From Mycolicibacterium smegmatis (GTDB lineage Bacteria > Actinomycetota > Actinomycetes > Mycobacteriales > Mycobacteriaceae), in assembly GCF_001457595.1 (NCBI RefSeq), contig NZ_LN831039.1, positions 30,001 to 62,000 on the forward strand: a DNA stretch of 32,000 nt, written 5' to 3'. The notes beneath the pieces were generated by a model. It was given only the letters and a program-made list of their open reading frames with translations. It made no database searches and was not told the origin of the DNA. The number at the start of each line of letters is the position of its first letter. Position 1 is the first letter of the stretch. The translations under genes and the position numbers were made by a program. This document shows, piece after piece, positions 29,852 through 32,000 of the stretch.

Positions 29852-29888
29852 AGGCCGCGGATTCAGCAGAGTCCGCGGCCTTTGTCGT
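29852..29888 (+). terminator. Intrinsic terminator downstream of tRNA-Leu
   Basis: aggccgcgga (29852-29861) pairs perfectly with tccgcggcct (29872-29881): 10-bp stem, 10-nt loop, followed by the T-rich ttgtcgtt. Confidence 0.6.
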
Positions 29889-29998
29889 TGGACGGGGCCA
29901 TCAGCGGTTCTGCGGTTCGCGAGTGTGAAATCTCAGCGAAAAAACGGCCGACAAATCGCAGACGTTTCACAGTCGCGGAGTTGGTACCGTCGCGAGGA

Positions 29999-30263
29999 AT
30001 GACGACATTCGACTACATCGTCGTCGGCGCGGGCTCGGCACGCCGGCCTGGACCAGGGCTACTGCGGCTACCACGCCGTCGGCACCGCGGCCATGGGTCC
30101 CGATGACGACGACGTGCTCGATACACGGCTGCGGGTGCGTGGTGTGGAAGGCCTTCGCGTGGTGGACTGTTCGGCGATGCCGACCATGGTGTCGGGAAAC
30201 CTGAACGGCCCCATGATGGCGATGGCGTGGCGAGCCGCCGACCTGATCCTGCAGGACCGCTGA
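29999..30263 (+). pseudogene. GMC-family (choline dehydrogenase-like) oxidoreductase remnant: N-terminal FAD motif fused out of frame to the C-terminal ~73 codons
   Basis: The ATG at 29999 gives MTTFDYIVVGAGSA, the start of the GMC FAD-binding fold, and this frame then degenerates and stops at 30106. From 30042 a different frame reads AGLDQGYCGYHAVGTAAMGPDDDDVLDTRLRVRGVEGLRVVDCSAMPTMVSGNLNGPMMAMAWRAADLILQDR* (stop 30261-30263), the conserved GMC C-terminal domain. The ~440 codons normally in between are missing. Confidence 0.65.
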
Positions 30264-30269
30264 GCCCGT

Positions 30270-30644
30270 CTACGCCACGAGCAACAGCACCGCCGTCACC
30301 ACCATGACCACCGCCGTCGCGAAGTGCACACCCCACGCAGCGGCCTTCGAGCCGCCGTTGGTGAGCACGATCGCGGTGTCGGCAAGCGGAATGACCGTGG
30401 CGGCCAACAGCACCCAGCCGAGCAGATGGGTCGCCCCGGCGATCATGAGGACGATGACGATCAGGCCCGAGGCGATGTCGCGGACACCCTTGACGCTCAG
30501 GTAGGCGCCGGTGGACCGCTGCGCGAGGTCGGGGACCACGCCGTAGCCGGCGGCCGCGACTCGCGGCGCGACGAGGAACCGCGCTCCGACGACGATGATG
30601 GCTGCGGCGATGAGCCCGGACAGTATGTAGGCGGCAGTGGTCAT
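30270..30644 (-). CDS. Small integral membrane protein, DUF4267-like
   Basis: 124 aa with four hydrophobic segments. GARFLVAPRVAAAGYGV...AYLSVKGVRDIASGL resembles the DUF4267 signature as I remember it. Confidence 0.65.
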   Translation of the reverse strand: MTTAAYILSGLIAAAIIVVGARFLVAPRVAAAGYGVVPDLAQRSTGAYLSVKGVRDIASGLIVIVLMIAGATHLLGWVLLAATVIPLADTAIVLTNGGSKAAAWGVHFATAVVMVVTAVLLLVA

Positions 30645-30655
30645 GGCAGTTCCTG

Positions 30656-30961
30656 TCAGTGGATGGGAGAGCAGGCGGTCGGGTCCAGCGGGATGGCCTG
30701 GACGTCGAGAATCTCGGTGACGTCGAAACCGTCCATGTCACACGCGAATTCGCGGCTGGACATGACGCGGTGGGTCAGCTCGTCGGGGTCGGCGGGGTAG
30801 TGGATCAGAGCGACCAGGCGGTTCGCGTCCCGATCGGTCCACACGCCGTGTGTGGTGATCCCGAACGTGGCGAACGTGTCGACGTGGCGCGCCCAGTGCA
30901 CGGTCGCGTACTGATGCAGCGCCGCAGGGGAGCGCAGCGTGTAGATCCTGAGCTGGAACAT
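30656..30961 (-). CDS. NIPSNAP-family (dimeric alpha/beta-barrel) protein
   Basis: I chose the ATG at 30961 (MFQLRIYTLRSPAALHQYATVHW...GVWTDRDANRLVALIHY), giving 101 aa. The upstream 41 codons of the track ORF overlap the preceding gene. Only 1 nt separates this start from the upstream gene's stop (30963-30965). Confidence 0.6.
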   Translation of the reverse strand: MFQLRIYTLRSPAALHQYATVHWARHVDTFATFGITTHGVWTDRDANRLVALIHYPADPDELTHRVMSSREFACDMDGFDVTEILDVQAIPLDPTACSPIH

Positions 30962-30962
30962 C

Positions 30963-31439
30963 TCAGACCGCCAGCACCACGCACAGCGCGGCCACGGCCA
31001 CACCTTGCAGTACCGCGCGGGCGCCGATGACATGATCCCACTTCTCCTGCAGCGCACGGCCGTTCGACAAGGCCATGCCCGCATCGGCGGCGGCGGTGAG
31101 TTGCCGGTTGACCGGCGCGCTCACCCGCAGGTAGAGCGCAAGCCAGACCAGTAACAGCGCCAGGGCGGTCACCGCCGCGAACACCTGCGCCCAGTGCGCA
31201 GTCACCGCGGCCAACGCCACGCACGCCGCCGAGGCCACGATCCCGATCACCCCGGGCACGGGCATGCGGTGGTCACCGAACCGGTGCACGTGCCCCATCA
31301 CGCTCACCAATGCGCCGTCGTCGACCGACGCCAGCGCCGGGCGCAGCACGGCCGCGCAGAAGACATCGGTGCCGTACACCACCGCGGTGCCGAGCACCGC
31401 CAGTACAGCGGAGGCCTGGATGAGCAGGTCAAGGTTCAT
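30963..31439 (-). CDS. Four-helix membrane protein, DUF1772 / anthrone-oxygenase-like
   Basis: I chose the ATG at 31439 (MNLDLLIQASAVLAVLGTAVVYG...), giving 158 aa. The pattern of hydrophobic helices with ...YLRVSAPVNRQL...W...GARAVLQ resembles DUF1772. The longer track ORF (to 31778) runs antisense through the TetR gene and is rejected. Confidence 0.55.
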   Translation of the reverse strand: MNLDLLIQASAVLAVLGTAVVYGTDVFCAAVLRPALASVDDGALVSVMGHVHRFGDHRMPVPGVIGIVASAACVALAAVTAHWAQVFAAVTALALLLVWLALYLRVSAPVNRQLTAAADAGMALSNGRALQEKWDHVIGARAVLQGVAVAALCVVLAV

Positions 31440-31475
31440 GCTAGCGACGCTAACCCTGAAAGCGGACCGCGTCAA

Positions 31476-31504
31476 TAGCAGCGCTAGCGCATATAGCGCT
31501 GCTA
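31476..31504. promoter_or_regulatory. Perfect 11-bp inverted repeat in the TetR / membrane-operon divergent region (operator candidate)
   Basis: tagcagcgcta (31476-31486) - 7 nt - tagcgctgcta (31494-31504). The arms are exact reverse complements. The repeat ends 10 nt before the TetR ATG and lies 37 nt from the divergent gene's ATG. Confidence 0.4.
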
Positions 31505-31514
31505 CCATCGGGCC

Positions 31515-32000
31515 ATGTCCATCGAAGAGCGTCGGGAGCGCGAGCGTGCTGCCCGCCGGGAGCTGATCATCTCCACGGCACGACGACTGGCCGAGGCGGA
31601 AGGTTGGCAGGCCGTGACGACGCGACGGCTGTCCGCCGAGATCGAGTACAGCCAGCCGGTGCTGTACAAGCACTTCGCCGGTATGGAGGAACTCGCCGAT
31701 GCGGTGGCCCTCGACGGTTTCGGCGAGCTCGCCGAAGCGATGCGACAGGCCCGCAGAGGCGACGACCACCCGGACCATGCAGTCACCCGAATCGCGCAGG
31801 CCTATCTCGATTTCGCGCGCGCTAACCCGGCCGTCTACGACGCGATGTTCGCGCGCACGACAAATCTGCGCTTCGCCGCCGACGACACTCCGTCACCGCT
31901 CACCGAGGCCTTCGCGCAGTTGCGTGACGCCGTGGGCCGAAACGAAGACGCCGATACACTCACCGAGGTGCTGTGGGCCGCGCTGCACGGCCTGGTGATG
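31515..32000 (+). CDS. TetR-family transcriptional regulator, 3'-truncated by the window edge
   Basis: Not in the ORF track because no stop falls in the window. My translation from the ATG at 31515 is MSIEERRERERAARRELIISTARRLAEAEGWQAVTTRRLSAEIEYSQPVLYKHFAGMEELADAV...LWAALHGLVM, open for 162 codons to nt 32000. TTRRLSAEIEYSQPVLYKHF is a TetR HTH. Confidence 0.85.
   Translation, partial: MSIEERRERERAARRELIISTARRLAEAEGWQAVTTRRLSAEIEYSQPVLYKHFAGMEELADAVALDGFGELAEAMRQARRGDDHPDHAVTRIAQAYLDFARANPAVYDAMFARTTNLRFAADDTPSPLTEAFAQLRDAVGRNEDADTLTEVLWAALHGLVM

Noticed and set aside
29917-29976. TGTGA ... TCACA half-sites as a CRP/cAMP-receptor site
   Set aside because: The half-sites are about 40 bp apart instead of the 6-bp spacing of TGTGA-N6-TCACA. 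It is better described as a generic inverted repeat.
29735-30106. 123-aa plus-strand ORF spanning the tRNA-Leu gene
   Set aside because: It reads straight through a well-folding tRNA and its terminator. Only its last ~36 codons (from the ATG at 29999) correspond to anything real, namely the N-terminal stub of the GMC pseudogene.
30013-30741. 242-aa minus-strand ORF across the GMC remnant and the DUF4267 gene
   Set aside because: Arg/Pro-rich shadow frame. It conflicts with the GMC C-terminal homology on the plus strand and with the clean four-helix membrane protein in another minus frame.
29759-32000. Integrated mobile element or prophage at tRNA-Leu
   Set aside because: No integrase, recombinase or phage-like gene is present, and I saw no direct repeat of the tRNA 3' half in the 2.1 kb visible downstream. 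Only a deletion scar is seen. An element boundary beyond the window cannot be excluded.

Overview
High-GC (roughly two-thirds G+C) actinobacterial chromosome. Gene order and protein sequences match what I remember of the origin-proximal region of a fast-growing mycobacterium (Mycolicibacterium smegmatis-like); that attribution is from memory, not from a search. Left 16.3 kb is the tail of a hydroxamate-siderophore (exochelin-type) locus: a giant NRPS running off the 5' edge (T-E-C-A-T-E-C-A-T-C-A-T-TE visible), a convergent siderophore-binding lipoprotein, and a divergent panD-like aspartate decarboxylase / ornithine N5-hydroxylase pair. The middle ~13.5 kb is the conserved actinobacterial cell-division and Ser/Thr-signalling block: cwsA, ppiA, a PH-domain membrane protein, crgA, a DUF881 protein, trpG, then pknB-pknA-pbpA-rodA-pstP-fhaB-fhaA on the minus strand, followed by tRNA-Leu(CAG). 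The right ~2.2 kb holds a deletion remnant of a GMC oxidoreductase, three small minus-strand genes (DUF4267, NIPSNAP, DUF1772-like) and a divergent TetR regulator running off the 3' edge. I found no CRISPR array, IS element, prophage or defence-type cassette, and nothing that looks like a wholly new system. The points most worth a second look are inside the NRPS. An intact terminal module carries a specificity code I cannot assign and looks surplus to the known pentapeptide. The condensation domain in front of the hydroxyornithine module has Phe in place of the second His of HHxxxDG. Smaller items are candidate iron boxes, a palindrome-rich AT island with a perfect TTATCCACA box, a coding 18-bp tandem repeat in fhaA, and a gene scar next to the tRNA. 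All coordinates were derived by hand from the ORF track and the raw sequence. NRPS domain borders are approximate.
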